Assembly: GCA_026770705.1 (NCBI GenBank)
Contig: JANJGN010000026.1
Location: 24,490,001-24,554,000 of the forward strand
Direction: 5' to 3'
Source of the DNA: Isurus oxyrinchus
Lineage: Eukaryota
DNA length: 64,000 bases
Under the pieces are notes generated by a model. The model made no database searches. It saw only the letters and a list, made by a program, of their open reading frames with translations, and had not been told where the DNA came from. Position numbers and translations under genes: made by a program. Shown here in pieces: positions 35,656-49,530 of this stretch. The number at the start of each line of letters is the position of its first letter. Within the stretch, counting starts at the first letter, position 1.

Positions 35656-36124
35656 GGATCTTGTACGGGATCCGTGATATCTCAGCAGCAGTGTGGGCTC
35701 CATGACACAGAAATACACGGCGTAGTCGGAGAGAACAGCCCCGGCGATATTCAAAGGAACCGTTTTGTATTCTCTGTGCAAAACACCGGAGAAACTGTCT
35801 GGGAAATCTGGGGACTTATCTCCATTCCCTGAGCTTGAATCATTGTTAAATATATCGGAGCTTCCCCGGAGCATTGGATGAGCCAGAACAGAGCTGGACC
35901 AGCTCTCGAGTAATTACAGTCCAGTCCTATGCTCTGTCCTTCCAGAACCGTTAGTTCAGAGACATCCTGGGACACTGAGTCTTTTCTATTTGTTCCTGTA
36001 ACAAAGCAGATAATGTATCAAATATCTGGAATTGAAGATAACATGGAACAGACATTGACCATCTAAACATTGACTCACCAGGCAGCAAGACCATTATTAT
36101 CAGTAAGGAACACAGGAAGCACAT
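35656..36124 (-). pseudogene. V pseudogene, duplicate of V at 19.7-20.2 kb (frameshift)
   Basis: Leader MCFLCSLLIMVLLPG; DSVSQDV..LDCNY..DYAVYFCVME; CACACTG + 24 nt + ACAAGATCC. Confidence 0.9.
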
Positions 36125-36399
36125 GGTGTCAGGATTAGAGTTCGGAAGAAATAAGATAAGTTTAGAAGTATGTTGAAACTCTGTTCTGATATAAAGAGGA
36201 AATTTGGATCAGGAGCAGGCTTCACTTATTGAAAAACTGAGGGGCGTTTACCAGCGACATGATTGGCTGGTCTCTCAGAACTGATGAGAGTTGGACACCA
36301 ATTAGTTGTGGGCCAAATATTTCCTCTGACTTTCTCTTTCTCCCTGTCTTGCTCGGTATCTCAGGTTCTCTCTTCACCTGAGCATTCGTCTGTCTCGCT

Positions 36400-37270
36400 C
36401 TGTCGTTGATGTAGTGAGATCAGGAGCTGAGTAGTCATGGCGGAACTCAAACTGGGCGTTAGTGAGCAGCTTTTTGCCAAGCAAGTGCTGCTTGCTAGCA
36501 CTGTTGATGACCCCTTCCATCACTTTACTGATTATCGAGAGTAGTCTGATCGGGCAATTGGATTTGTCCTGCTTTTTGTGTACAGGTCATGCCTGGGCAA
36601 TTTTCCACATTACTGGGTAAATGCCTGTGTTGTGGTTGTACTGGAACATATTCAGAATGGGCGGGGAAAGTTCTGGAGCATAATTCTTCAGTACTATTGC
36701 CGGAATATTGTCAGGTCCACAGCCTTTGCAGTATCCATTGCCATTAGCCATTTCTTGATATCACGTGGAGTGAATCGAATTGGCTGAAGACTGGCATCTG
36801 TGATTTTGGGAACCTCTGGAGGACGCCGACGATTATAGCAAATGTGTCAGTCTTATCTGTTGCACTGACGTGCTAGGTTCTCGCTTCATTGAGGATGGGG
36901 ATAGTTATGGTGCCTCCTCCTCCAGTGAGTTGTTTAATTATCCACTACCTTTCATGGCTGGATGTGAAAGGACTGCAAAGCTTAGATCTGATCCGTTGGT
37001 TGTGGAGTCCTTAGCTCTGTCTATCACTTGCTGCTTATGCTGTTTGGCACATAAGTACCCATGTGTTGTAGCTTCACCAGGTTGACATCTCATTTTTAGG
37101 TATGCCTGGTGCTGCTCCTGGCATGCCCTTCTGCACACTTCACTGAACCAGGGTTGATCCCCTGGCTTTGTGGTAATTGTAGAGTGGGGGATATGCCGGG
37201 CCATGAGGTTACAGATCGTGGTTGAGTACACTTCTGCTGCTTCTGATGGCCCACAGCACCAGGTTGTTGC
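36400..37270 (-). mobile_element. LINE ORF2 fragments (second family)
   Basis: RHIPHSTITTKPGDQPWF and downstream RT-entry sequence. Confidence 0.75.
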
Positions 37271-37409
37271 CTAGTCTTGAGTTTCTTGACATGTTCGAAT
37301 ACTTCACATGGTGGTAGCATCCTGGGCTTTATCAACAGGGTAAAAGAGCATAAAAACAAGAAGGTTATGTTAAACTTGTGTGACACACTGGTTAGGTCTC
37401 AACTGGGGG

Positions 37410-38085
37410 AGGGGGTGGCATAGTGGTATTGTCACTGACAGCTAATGCTGGCTCAAATCCCACCACAGTAGGTGGTGAAATTTGAATTTAATAAAAATCT
37501 GGTATTAAATCTCTGATGATAACCATGAAGCCATTGCTGATTGTCATAAAAACTCTTTTGGTTCACTAATGTCCTTTAGGGAAGGAAATCTTCTGCCCTT
37601 ACCTGGTCTGGCCTATATGTGACTCCAGGCCCGCAGCAATGTGGTTGACACTGAAATGCCCTCTGAACACGTGAAATTCGGGATGGGCAATTAATGCTGG
37701 CCCACATCCCATGAACGAATGTAAAAAGTGACTTTGCAGTGTTGACAGGTCTGAGTTTGTCGGGTGGTCCATCCAGTTTCATTCAACTGAGTGGCTTACT
37801 ATTTGAAAATCAACCATATTTCTGTGGGCCTGGACTCACATGTAGGTCAGACCAGTTGAGGATAACAGATTTCCTTCCACAAAGGATATTTGTAAACCAG
37901 ATGGGTTAATACAGCATCCAACCATGGTTTCATGGTCATGATTAGATTTCTAACTCAAAATTTTAGTTGAACTCATATTTGAGCATTTGGTCTGGTGGGA
38001 TTCAAATTCGGGTCCCCAGAGCATTACTCTGGGTCCTATAAAATACCAGTCCAGCGACAATACCAATATGCCAGCGCCTTCTACA
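37410..38085. mobile_element. Two tRNA-derived SINEs (37410-37725 plus; ~37780-38085 minus)
   Basis: GTGGCATAGTGG A-box and GGCTCAAATCCC B-box; shared body with other copies. Confidence 0.75.
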
Positions 38086-38589
38086 TTGCTTTCCGAGATC
38101 ATACCCGAAGATATGGGAAGACGCTGGGGTGGAAATAATGTATGTAACAGGGTAAGAACAAATAATGTAGCAACAGAAATAGTCTGAAACTTGCTGGAGA
38201 GCAGCAAGTGTTTCATTCTTTTCCAAGCAAGGGGAAAAATAAAGAGGGGTTTTAAGACTGCGTAAATTCAGGTCAGGTATTGATAGTGTTAATTTTTACA
38301 ATCAATTGCACAAATTATCACCCTCTCGATGTTTATATCAGGAGCTTCTGTTTAATGTTGAGCTGATCACTTAACAATAAAACGCAGAAACTGATGGGAA
38401 TAATTTAGTCCCATTTCCCACTGAACAGGGACAGAGGAGTTCCTTGGTGAGGGAATACTCAATGTCTTCTTAATCAACGTTAATGATATCAAATAAACAG
38501 CAATTACATTTTGAGTAAAATAAAACCTGGAACATAATACGTGAATATAATTATTTATCTTTGTGCACTTCACTTGTAAAGAATATTAT

Positions 38590-38675
38590 GTGTGTACACA
38601 CATCCACGCACACAAACACACACACATACAGAGGCACACACACACACACACGCACACACAGACACACACACACAC
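38590..38675. repeat. (CA)n microsatellite
   Basis: Direct inspection. Confidence 0.9.
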
Positions 38676-38914
38676 TAAGATCCCATCTTGGCTACCTCGG
38701 AGGCTCCGCAGCACCTGAAGCATCCGGGAAATCACCGCCAGCATATTTCAAGTCATACCATTAACCAATAATCTCTTCCCACATCGCTAATGTTGAGTTG
38801 GACAAGATCATCAAGAATAATTAAAAGGAATTAAGACACTTTGCTCTTTTGCTGACCTTAAACTGCACAAATCAGCCACCTTAAATATTGGGGCTTCCCA
38901 CAGGAGGTAATGAG

Positions 38915-40205
38915 CTGATACATCAGTAGAAATGGTTTCTTGATAAATTAAGCCAGCATGGACCAGTAAAGCTCAAATCACGTTCAACTGACTTGCCTGC
39001 GTTTTTTGATGACATAGCAGCGATTGTTGATGAGGGTAATTCTGTTGATGTGTTTTATATGGTCTTACAAATGGCATTTGATGAACTGCTGCACAACAGG
39101 CTTGTGAGTAAAGTTGGGGCTCACTGGAATAAAATGGACGGTAGCATCATGAATAGGGAATTGGCTGAGTGCCAGGAAACAAAAGGTAGTTTTGAACGGT
39201 TGTTTTTCAGACTCGGGAAAGGATTATAATGAAGTTCCCCAGGCCTCAGTGCTAGGACGCCTGCTTTTCATGGTATTTATTAATGAACTGGGCCTTGGTG
39301 CACAGGGCACAATTAAATAATATACGGACGATGCGAAATGTGGACACATTGTGAACCATGAGGAGGATAGTGTAGAACTTCAAAATGACATCGACAGGTT
39401 GGTGGAAAGGGTGGACAAGTGATGGATGAAATTTAAGATAGAGAAGTGAGAAGTGATTCATTTTGGCAGGAAGAACGCAGGGAGACAATATAAATGAAAG
39501 AGTGTGATTCCCAAGGGGCTGCAGGAGCAGAAAGACCTGGTATAAATTATTAAAATGTGGCAGCGCAATTTGAGATAGTGGTTAATAAATTATGCAGCAT
39601 CGTGGATTTTATCAATAGGGGGAAAGGGTATGAAAGCAAAGCGTTTATGTTAAACTTGTGTGACACACTAGTTAGGCCTTAGCTAGAGTATTGAGTCCAA
39701 ATCTGGGCACCACACTTATGGAAGAATTTGAAGGCATGAAAGGGCACAGGAACGATTCATGGAAAATGTCCCAGGGATGAGGAACTCCAGTTATGTAAAA
39801 AGAGCGGAGAAGTTGGCTTTAATCTCCTTGGAGAAGATAACGTCTAGAGGAGATTTGATAGAGATATTAAAAATCATGAGGGGTCTGGACAGGGCAAATA
39901 GGGAGAAATTGTTCCCATTGGTGGAAGGCTCCAGGTCAAGTGGGCACAGGTTTAGGGTCATCTGGAGAAGAAGCAATGGAGGCAAGAGGAAAAACGTCTT
40001 CTCACAGTGAGTGGTTAGGACCTGGAATGCACTGCCTGAGAGCGTGGTGGATTGAGGGACAATTGATGCTTTCAAAAAGAAATTGGATCATTACCTGAAA
40101 AGGGAACAAAACGCTGGAGTACGGGGGAAACTGTGGCGCTAGGTAAATGGCTCCTTCAGAGGTTCAGTATGGACACGATTGGACGAATGGCATCTTTCTA
40201 TGCTG
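38915..40205 (+). mobile_element. CR1 LINE RT fragment
   Basis: VDEGNSVDVFY..AFDELLHNRLVSK; RGDLIEILKIMRGLDR. Confidence 0.88.
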
Positions 40206-40299
40206 TAAGAATTCTATGATTTTATCATTATTATCAGAAGCTGCAACTGAAATCGACATTTTCACAGCATCAGCAATAGTAGGGTTTGTCCAGTAGATG

Positions 40300-41380
40300 G
40301 CAGTGAAACAGTGAAGACTGACATATGGAACTGGCACTGTCTCAATCATTTCTGCACCAAGACCTGTCTCTGTTCATATTAAATTTGACCGTGAATGTAT
40401 ATGTTACACTACATCGTGTCTCTGATCATATTACAATAGGTTTTGCCTCAGTTGTTTCTGTGATAAACTCAATCTCGGTTGTCAATGCACTGGGCCATAT
40501 TAGACTTTCTCTCAGTTATGACTGCGTTAAAACATGTCTTGGCCAATACGACAATAGTCAATGCCTCAGTTGTTACTACACTAGTACTTGTCTCTGTTTA
40601 TACTAAACCAGAACATGTTCCAGTTTGCATGAAACGAGCCCTGTCTCAGTTATCACTCTACTAGACCCTGCCACATTTATACTCAATAGAGGATTTCTTG
40701 GCTAATGCTGCACCAGTCCATGTCATTGTTTATATCGACCGATGCCCTCTTTCTGTTTTTATCTTATAATACCGTGTCTTTCTTGCTGCTGCAATTGTCC
40801 ATATTTCTGATCATATAAATCTAGGCCCTTTGTTGGTAATTATTGCACTAGGCTCTGTCTCAGTATTATTACACCAGATCCTGACTTTGTTGCCTTTGAA
40901 ATAGATTTTCTCTATGATAGTATTACACCAGTTCCTGTCCCAGTTATATCAGTGCTCGGCCTCGTCTCAGCTGTTCCTGAATTCGGCGTTATCTCCGGTT
41001 GCATTACATACGGATAAGTCTCAGTTATGACTGCTCTGGACCCAGTGTATGTATATACAACGCTAAAACTGCCTTCGTTTTAGCTGCGCTAGTCCATACA
41101 TCTCATTTGATTACACTCGCCCTGTCCCTGATTTTACTCCCATAGACCATGTTTTTGTTTATCCTACATCAGAGACAATCTCAGTTATTACTACACCTAG
41201 CTCTGTCTTTGATGTTATTAATCCATGTCTCGTATCAATAATTAATGTTCTAGCCCCGAGAATGTATTGTCAGTTAATGTTAATCATGGCTCTTATTCAC
41301 TAATTTCTGCGCTAACCCTGCCTCAGCTATTTCTACACTGGACCATGTCTCTGTTATTACTGTAGTGGTCTATGTCTCTG
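40300..41380 (-). repeat. Old, diverged inverted copy of the 27-bp satellite
   Basis: Recurrent CCCTGTCTCAGTT...ACTAGACC, the reverse complement of the 43.5-48.5 kb unit. Confidence 0.65.
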
Positions 41381-42149
41381 AGTTGAAGAGATAATGTTAT
41401 AAACAAAGATGTTGACGTGAGAATTGTTCTCTGGCGTTGGCCTAAAACGGGCAGCTTTGGATGGCCTGTTCTTTGCAGCACCTGACAGTTAGTTTCATTT
41501 AGTTTCATTCAAAGAAATTATATATCAGATATCGTCTGTTATGTGTGCTCTATGGAAGAAAAGACATTCTTCTTGCTTGTACCGTCATTTCTCAAAGATA
41601 AACGATGATTTTCACCAGAATGTTTCAGTATTTTATATTCTTTTATTAAAATTGTAACTAAAGCTGGCTTAATATTCTAAATATTTATTGATAGCCATTC
41701 TGTTGTGTGCATTTGTTTATTAAGTGATGTCAGACTATTTCGTTGCTAAGGTAGGTTTATCTGTCTCTGGTGATCAGTTAGAAAAGGGATTAAATCACAT
41801 GCAGAATAACCAGAATCTTGTTAACAAATGATCACGTCAACATCTCACAGAAGCTCCTGATAATCTCGAGTGTGTGATTAATGGTTCACGTGATGGCAAA
41901 AATCAAACTTCACCCATGCCTGACATGAGATAAACACATCTGCAATTCCCCGACTTATTATTCCTATTGATGGGAAGGATGGAAAATCCTTCAGCTCTCC
42001 AGAACTTTCACTATTTCTGCTTCCATTTTTTAAACTGAGATATAAACTGAGTTAGGCTCTAATGAAGTGATTACTTATACAATGCGAGATTAATATCAAC
42101 TGAGGCAGGGTCCAATGCGGTTAATATTGATAAAAGGTCTATATTGATA

Positions 42150-43465
42150 TAAAAACAGAGAATGCTGGAAAAACGCCATCCCATTCTCTCAGTTCCTTCA
42201 CCTCCTTTGCATCTGTTCCGATGAGGCCACTCTCCAAAATGATGCTTCTGACATGCCTTCCTTCTTCCTTAAGCGAGGTTTTCCACCCACTGTGGCTGAC
42301 AGGGCCCTCAAACGTTTCCAACCCATCTCCCGCATCTCTGCTTTCAAACATTCCTCTCACTACCAGAATCATGATTAGGCCCTCCTTGTCCTCACATTTC
42401 AACTCACCGGCCCCCGTATTCAAAGGATCATCCTCCCCATTTCCACTATCTCCAACAGGATGCCACCATCAAGCACATCTTCCCTCACCACCCCGAGCCC
42501 ACCACCCCTACCCCTGTCAGCATTCCATAGGGACCATTCCCTCTAGGACACTCTGGTCACTCCTCCATCACCCCAACACCTCATCCCCTTCCCATGGCAT
42601 CTTCCCATGCAATCACAGAAGATGCTACACTTGCCGATTTACCTCCTCCCTCCTCACCGTTCAAGGGCCCAAACATTCCTTTCAGGTGAAGCACCACCTC
42701 ATTGCCCCATCCTTCAATTTGGTCTCCTGCATTCGATGCTCCCAATGTGGTCTCTACTACATCAGGAGACCATGCGCAGACTAGTAGGCCGCTTTGTGCA
42801 ACACCTTCAGTCTGTCTGCAAGCATGACCTTAACTTTCCTGTTGCTTGCAATTTCAACACACCATCCTGCTCTCATAACTACATGTCCCTCTTTGACCTG
42901 CTGCAATGTTCTAGTGAAGCCCAACCTGGAGGAACAACACCTCTTCTTCCGATTATGCACTTTACAGCCCTATTCATTTATTCATTATTTTATTCCCCCT
43001 TCTTTATCATCTTTTTTATTCCTTTTTATACAGTTTTTCTCCAACCACCTCTCGCTCCCCCTACCAAAAGTGCCATCCGATACTTGTTCCATGTTGTTCT
43101 TTCACAGTGTGTGGACTCTGGTTCTGCTATTAACACATTCTTCTGTCTTACCTTTATGACTTTATCAGCATCTACTTTAGCCTTACCACTACCATTAACA
43201 CTCCCTTTTTCTTTTTGCCTATGATGTTTATCACTTTCACTTTACCCCCACCTATTGCTTGCCTTCTATCTAGCCTCACTTGTTCCACCCCGCTTAAACA
43301 GCAAATGTCATCACATTTTGACTTCTCTCTAGCTCTGAAGAAGAGTCTTCAGTCTCAGAAAGTTAGCTCTGCTTCTCTCACCACAGGTGTTGTCAGACCT
43401 GCTGAGATTTTCCAGCATGTTTTGCTTTTCTTTCCAGTTTCCAGCATCTGCAGTGTTTTGCTTTT
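42150..43465 (+). mobile_element. Degraded Penelope-like fragment (RT end + GIY-YIG + 3' end) inserted in the satellite
   Basis: NLVSCIRCSQCGLYY; CTGAAGAAGAGTC...GAAA motif near 43335; short inverted end at 42150. Confidence 0.85.
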
Positions 43466-43467
43466 AT

Positions 43468-46400
43468 CCAGATTGATGTAAACTGAGACAGTGCCTTGTG
43501 GAGTGCTCACTGACGGAGGGTCCAGATTATCATAAACTGAGACAGGGTCTAATGCAGAGTTTACTGATGCAGGGTCTAGATTAATGTAAACTGAGACAGG
43601 CTCATGTGCAGCATAGTGTCTAGATTGATATAAACTGAGGCAGGCCAGAGTGCAGTTATTAGTGACAGAGGATCTAGATTAATATGAACTGAGACAGGGT
43701 CTAGTGCAGTGGTTACTGATACAGGGTCTCGATAAATATAAATTCAGACAATGTCCAGTGTAGTGATTACTGATACGGGGTGCAGGTTGATATACACTGA
43801 GGCGGGCCACAGTGCAGTGATTACTCATGCAGGGCTGAGGTAAATATAAGCTAGGACAGGGGCTCGTGTAGTATAAATGGAGACAGTGTCAATTGCGCTG
43901 ATTATGACATAAGGTCTAGATCAATATAAACTGAGACAGTGCCCAATGCAGTAATTACAGATACAGGGTCTAGATTAATAAAGCTTGAGACAGGGCCAAG
44001 CCCAGTGATTATTGTTATGGGGTCTAGATTGATATAAACTGAGACAGGGCCAAGTGCAGTGATTACTGATATAGGGGCCAGATTAATATAAACTGAGTCA
44101 GGGCCAAGTGCAGTGATGATTGCAACAAGGTCTAGATTAATAAAACTTCTTACAGGGCCAAGTGCAGTGATTACTGATATAGGGTTCAGATTATTATAAT
44201 TTGAGGCAGGATCTAGTGAAATGATTACTCATAAAGGGTCTAGATTACTGTGAATTGAGACAGATCTTAGTGAAGTGATGACTGATGCAGGGTCCAGATC
44301 AATATAAACTGAGACAGGGTCTAGTGCAGTGATTACTGTTACAGGCTCCAGATTAATATATACTGAGACAGAGCCAAGTGCAGTGATTACTGATACAGGT
44401 TCCAGATTAAGATGAACTGAGACAGGGCCTTGTGCATTGATTAGTGATACAATGTTGGATTTATATAAAATCAGACAGGTTCTAATGCAATCATTACTGA
44501 CACAGGGTCTGGATCAATATAAACCGAGACAGTGTCCAGTGCATTGATTACTGATACAAAGTCTCGATTGATAAAAACTGAGTCAGGGTATAGTACAAAA
44601 ATTACTGATAAAGGATCTAAATTGATATAAACTGAGGCAGTGCATATTGCAGTGGTTACTGACACAGGGTCTCTGTTATTAGAAACTGGGAGAGGGCCAG
44701 GTGCAGTGATTATAAGTTCAGGGTGCAGATTATTATAACCAGAACAGGGACGAGTGCAGTGATTACTGAAACAGGACCTTGATTAATAGAAACTGAGACA
44801 GACTCTTGTACCGTAATTACTGATACGCGGTCAGAACTAACATAACCTGAGACAGGGCCTGGTGCAGTGTTCACTGATACAGGGCCGAGATAAATATAAC
44901 TAGGACAGGGGTTCGGGCGGCAGGGACTAAAATAATATAAACTGAGACTCCATCTAGTGCAGTGATTACTGATACTGGGTCTAGATTAAATTAAACTGAG
45001 ACAGGGTCTTGTGCAGTGTTTAGTGACACAGGTCTAGATTAATATAAATGGAGACAGGGTCTAGTGCAGTGATTAATGATAGAGCATCTAAATTAATATA
45101 ATCTGAGACAGGGCCTAGATAAATATAAACTAATACAGGGGCTAGTGCAGCAATTAATGATACAGGTTCAGAATCAATATAAACTGAGACAGTGCTATTT
45201 GCAGTGATTACTAATACAAGATCTAAATCAATATCAGTTGAGATAGGGGCTAGTGCAGTGATGACTGATGCAGGCTCTAAGTTAATGTAAATTGAGACAG
45301 GGTCTCATGTAGTGATTACTGATACAGGGGTCCAGATTGAAACAAATTGAGGCAGGGCATAGTGCAGAGATGACTGATACAGGGTCGAGGTTAATCTAAA
45401 TTGAGACAGGGCCTGGTGCAGTGATTACTGATATGGGTCTAGTTGAATATAAACTGAGACAGGATCTAGTGCAGTCATGACTGACACAGGGCCTAGATTA
45501 ACATAAACTGTGTCAGGGCCCAGTGCAGTGATTATTGATACAGGGTCAGAATCAATAGAAGCTGAGACAGTGCCCTTTGCAGTAATAACTGATACAGGGT
45601 CTAGGTCAATGTAAACTGACATATGCTCTAGTGCAGTGTTTACTTATACATGGTCTCAATCAATATAAACTCAGCCTATGTCCAGTGCAGTGATTACTGA
45701 TTCAGGGCCAAGATATATATAGGCTGAGACAGGGTCTAGTGCAGTGATAACTGATACAGGGTCTAGATTAATGTAAACAGAAAGAAGCCAAGTGCAGTGA
45801 TTACTGATATTGGGTCTAAATTGATATAAACAGAAGCAGGGAATGTTGCAGTGATGACTGATACAGGATCTAGATTAATATAAACTGAGACAGGGTCTAG
45901 TGCAGTGTTCACTGATTCGGGGTCTCAATCAATATAAACTGAGACAATGCCGAGTGCACTGATTACTGATACAGGAACTAGATTAATATAAACTGAGCCA
46001 TGCTCTAGTGCAGTAATTACAGACACAGGAGCTAGCTTAATATAAACAGAGACAGGGTCTAGTGCAGTGTTTATTGATACATGGTCTCAATCAATATAAA
46101 CTCAGACAATGTCAAGTGCAGTGATTACTGATAAAGGGCCGAGATAAATATAAACTGAGATAGGGCCTACTGCCGTGATTACTGACACAGAGCCTAGATT
46201 AATATAAACAGAGAGAGGCTCAAGAACAGTGATTACTGATATAGGGTCTAAATTGATATAAAATGATGCAGGGTCTTGTGCAGTGATTACTGACAAAGGG
46301 TCAAGATTAATATGAACACGAGACAGGGCCAAGTGCGGTGATTACTGTTACAGGGTCTAGAATGATATAAACTGAGACAGGGCATAGTGCAGTGAGTGTT

Positions 46401-48495
46401 GACACAGGCTCTATATTAATATAACCTGAGACAGGGCCATTGCAGTGGTTACTGATACAGATTCTAGGTTAATATGAACTGAGAGAGGGCCTAGTGCAGT
46501 GATTACTGATAGAGGGACTTGATTGATATAAATTGAGACAGGGCATAATGCAGTGATTACTGATACAGGCTTTAGACTAATATGAACTGAGAAAAAGTCC
46601 AGTGCCATGCTTTTCAGTTCAGGGTGCAAATTATTATAACCAGAACAAGGTTGAGTGCAGTGATGACTGAAACAATGTCTGAACCAATATGAACTGAGGC
46701 AGGGCCTGGTGAAATGTTCACTGATACAGGACCTAGATAAATATAACTGGGACAGGAGCTCTTGCAGTGAATACTGCTGCCGGGACTAAATTAATATAAA
46801 CTCAGGCTAGATCTAGTGCAGTGATTACTGATAGAGGGACTACATTAATATCAAGTGAGACAGAGTCTAGTACAGAGATAACTGATATGGGGCCAAGATC
46901 AAGATAAACTAAGACAGGGTCAAGTGCAATGAAAACTTATACAGGTCTAGATCAATATCAATTGAGACAGCATCTACTGCAGTGATTACTGATACAGGGT
47001 CTTGATTAATATAAACTAAGACAGCATCCAGTGCTGAGATTACTGATACAGGCTCTAGCTCAATATAAACTGAGGCAGTGTCCAGTGCAGTAATTACTGA
47101 CATGGGGTCTTGGTTGATATACACTGCGGCAGGGCATAGTGCAGTAATTACAGATACAGGCTCTAAATCAATATAAACTAAGACAGAGTCTAATACAGTA
47201 ATTACTGATAGAGGGTCTATTTCATATCAACTGGGGCAGGGCATAGTGTGGTGATTATTGATAGTGTCTAGATTGATAAAAACTGAGACAGGGCAGAATA
47301 TAATATAAACTGATACTGAAAAAGGTGTCGATCAAAGTCAACTGAGACAGTGTCTAGTGCAGTGATTACTGACACAGGATCTAGATTAATATAAACTGTG
47401 ACAGGGCCTAGTGCATTGATTACTGATAGAGGGTCTAGGTTGATATAAAGTGAGGCAGTGCCTAGTGCAGCAATTACTGATGCAGGGCCTAGATTAATAT
47501 GAACTAGGACAGGGTCTAGTGCTGTGATTAGTGATACAGAGTCTAGATTAATAAAACTTGAGGCAGGACCATGCGCAGTGATTAATGTTACGGAGCCTAG
47601 GTTGATATAAACTGAGACAGGGCCACATTGAGTGATTACTGTTACAGGGTCTCGGTTGATATAAACTGAAACAGGGTCTAGCGCAATGATTACCCATAAA
47701 GGGCCTCGATTAATATGAACTGAGACAGGTCATAGTGCAGTGATTACTGATACAGGGTTTAGGCTAATATAAACTGAGTTAGAGTCTAGTGCAATGATTA
47801 CTGATGCAGGGTCTGAATCAATATAAACTGAGAAAGTGTTCAGTGCAGTGATTACTGATAAAGGGTCTTGATTAATAAAAACTGAGACATGTCCAAATGC
47901 TGTGATTACTGTTACAGAGCCTAGGTTGATATGAAGTGAGGCAGGGCATAGTGAATTGAATACTGATACAGGGTCTAGACAAATATCGTCTGAGACAGGC
48001 TCTAGTGCAGTGATTACTGTTACATGGCCCTGGTTAATATAAACAGAGACAGGGCCAATGGCAGTGATGACTTAAACAGGGTCCAGATTGTTATATACTG
48101 AATCACAGAATACTGCAGCGATTACTGATGCAGGCTCCAGATTAAGATGAACTGAGACAGGGCCTTGCACAGTGATTAGTTATACAAGGTTGGATTTATT
48201 TAAAATCAGTCAGGCTCTAATGCAATTATTACTGATACAGGATCCGGATCAACAAAAACTGAGACAGTGTCCTGTGCAATGATTATTGATACAGGGCCGA
48301 GGTAAATATAAACTAGGGCAAATGCTAGTGCAGTGATTAATGATACAGGATCCGGATCAATATAAACTGAGACGGTGTCCAGTACAGTCATTACTAATAA
48401 ACGGTCTAGATTAATAGAAACTGAGACAGGGTCTAGTGCAGTGTTTACTGATACAGAGCTGAGATAAATAAAAACTGAGACTGGGCCTACTGCAG
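43468..48495 (+). repeat. About 5-kb satellite, 54-bp unit made of two 27-bp subunits (about 90 units)
   Basis: ACTGAGACAGGGTCTAGTGCAGTGATT / ACTGATACAGGGTCTAGATTAATATAA. Confidence 0.95.
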
Positions 48496-49061
48496 TGTTA
48501 TGGGGAAGAAAGTAAATAAGAATTTATGGTAAGAGAGAATTCATTATAAGGAAATGAATTACTGAAATTAGAATTTAAAGGCAGGCCAACGCAAATCAGT
48601 AAGTCAACAATTAAACAGTTAAACCAGATGAACCTTATACACTCTCAAACTTTGTACACCCTCAGTGTTTGCAATCACCAACAAGGTCCTGGGAATTATA
48701 CTGGAGCCAGAGGATGGCAATAACATAGATTAAGTTTGCTCTTCAACAGATTTGGGATGAACAGATGGTCCCAGCTTAGATAGGAAGGCAGGTCTCTGCC
48801 TGGGTGAAAGTAGGGTCAGATGATGCATGTACCTTTGTACCTGAGACTTGTCTTAATGTAAACCTATATGTTGACAAGATCGGAATCTAGAGGATGTTCT
48901 TGTATGTGACCAATAGCGTATAAATATGGTGAACACTTGTAGCTTAGCAGAGTACTGTCTCAAGCTGTATTGAGAAGTTTCCCTCCTTGCAATTGCTAGA
49001 ATAAATGATTGAAACCTGAGCCTGAGTCTCCTGTGATGCGTTTGTCAAAGTGACCACAACA
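48496..49061 (+). mobile_element. 5' LTR of provirus copy 2
   Basis: Homologous to 15216-15769 and followed by a PBS. Confidence 0.93.
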
Positions 49062-49064
49062 GTT

Positions 49065-49082
49065 TGGCATTGTCGGATACTT
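49065..49082 (+). other. Primer-binding site, resembling degenerate tRNA-Ser
   Basis: TGGCATTGTCGG versus tRNA-Ser PBS TGGCGTAGTCGG. Confidence 0.55.
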
Positions 49083-49317
49083 GGATCGGGTCCTCGGGAC
49101 GGCTCTGCAAAGTCAGTGAGTATATTCATTTACCATCCGTAGTTAGTGCAGTAAGCCTACCCGGAACGGTCTGGTCAAGTATCAAAGAATCAGGAGGAGG
49201 ACTCAGGACAGGAGATAGGAGGCGCCAGGGGTAAGAAGCAGAGCAGTGCAGGCAGGCTAGCGGGGCCAAAGCTGCGCAGGAAGGCCAGAAACATTACCAG
49301 GGATAGGAGGCAGAGCC

Positions 49318-49466
49318 GTGCTGGCGTGTTACGGTTTGAAATATATCCTTAGCCGAAGCCGCGCAGGGAGGCCAGACCCCAGTAAGAGGAGGGCAGAGAC
49401 GTGCTGGCGGGTTATGGTTTGAAATATAATCTTAGCCGAAGCCGTACAGGGAGGCCAGACCCCAGT
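49318..49466 (+). repeat. About 82-bp tandem duplication in the proviral leader
   Basis: GTGCTGGCG..GGTTTGAAATATA..CTTAGCCGAAGCCG..GGGAGGCCAGACCCCAGT twice. Confidence 0.85.
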
Positions 49467-49530
49467 GAAACTGCACATACTGCAAGAAACTAAGTTGTTA
49501 GGCCCGTGCAAACATACTGCGCAGAGATAG

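Noticed and set aside
1-36400. IgNAR, NAR-TCR or IgH V segments and D/J/C exons
   Set aside because: All readable Vs have TCR alpha/delta-type frameworks; no constant-domain or J motifs were seen.
43468-48495. CRISPR array or repeat-protein gene
   Set aside because: No unique spacers, vertebrate context, and frames broken frequently by stops and indels.
15216-49061. The two LTRs as ends of one giant or permuted provirus enclosing V genes
   Set aside because: The first is a 3' LTR (after a PPT) with its own TSD, and the second is a 5' LTR (before a PBS). The flanks do not match.
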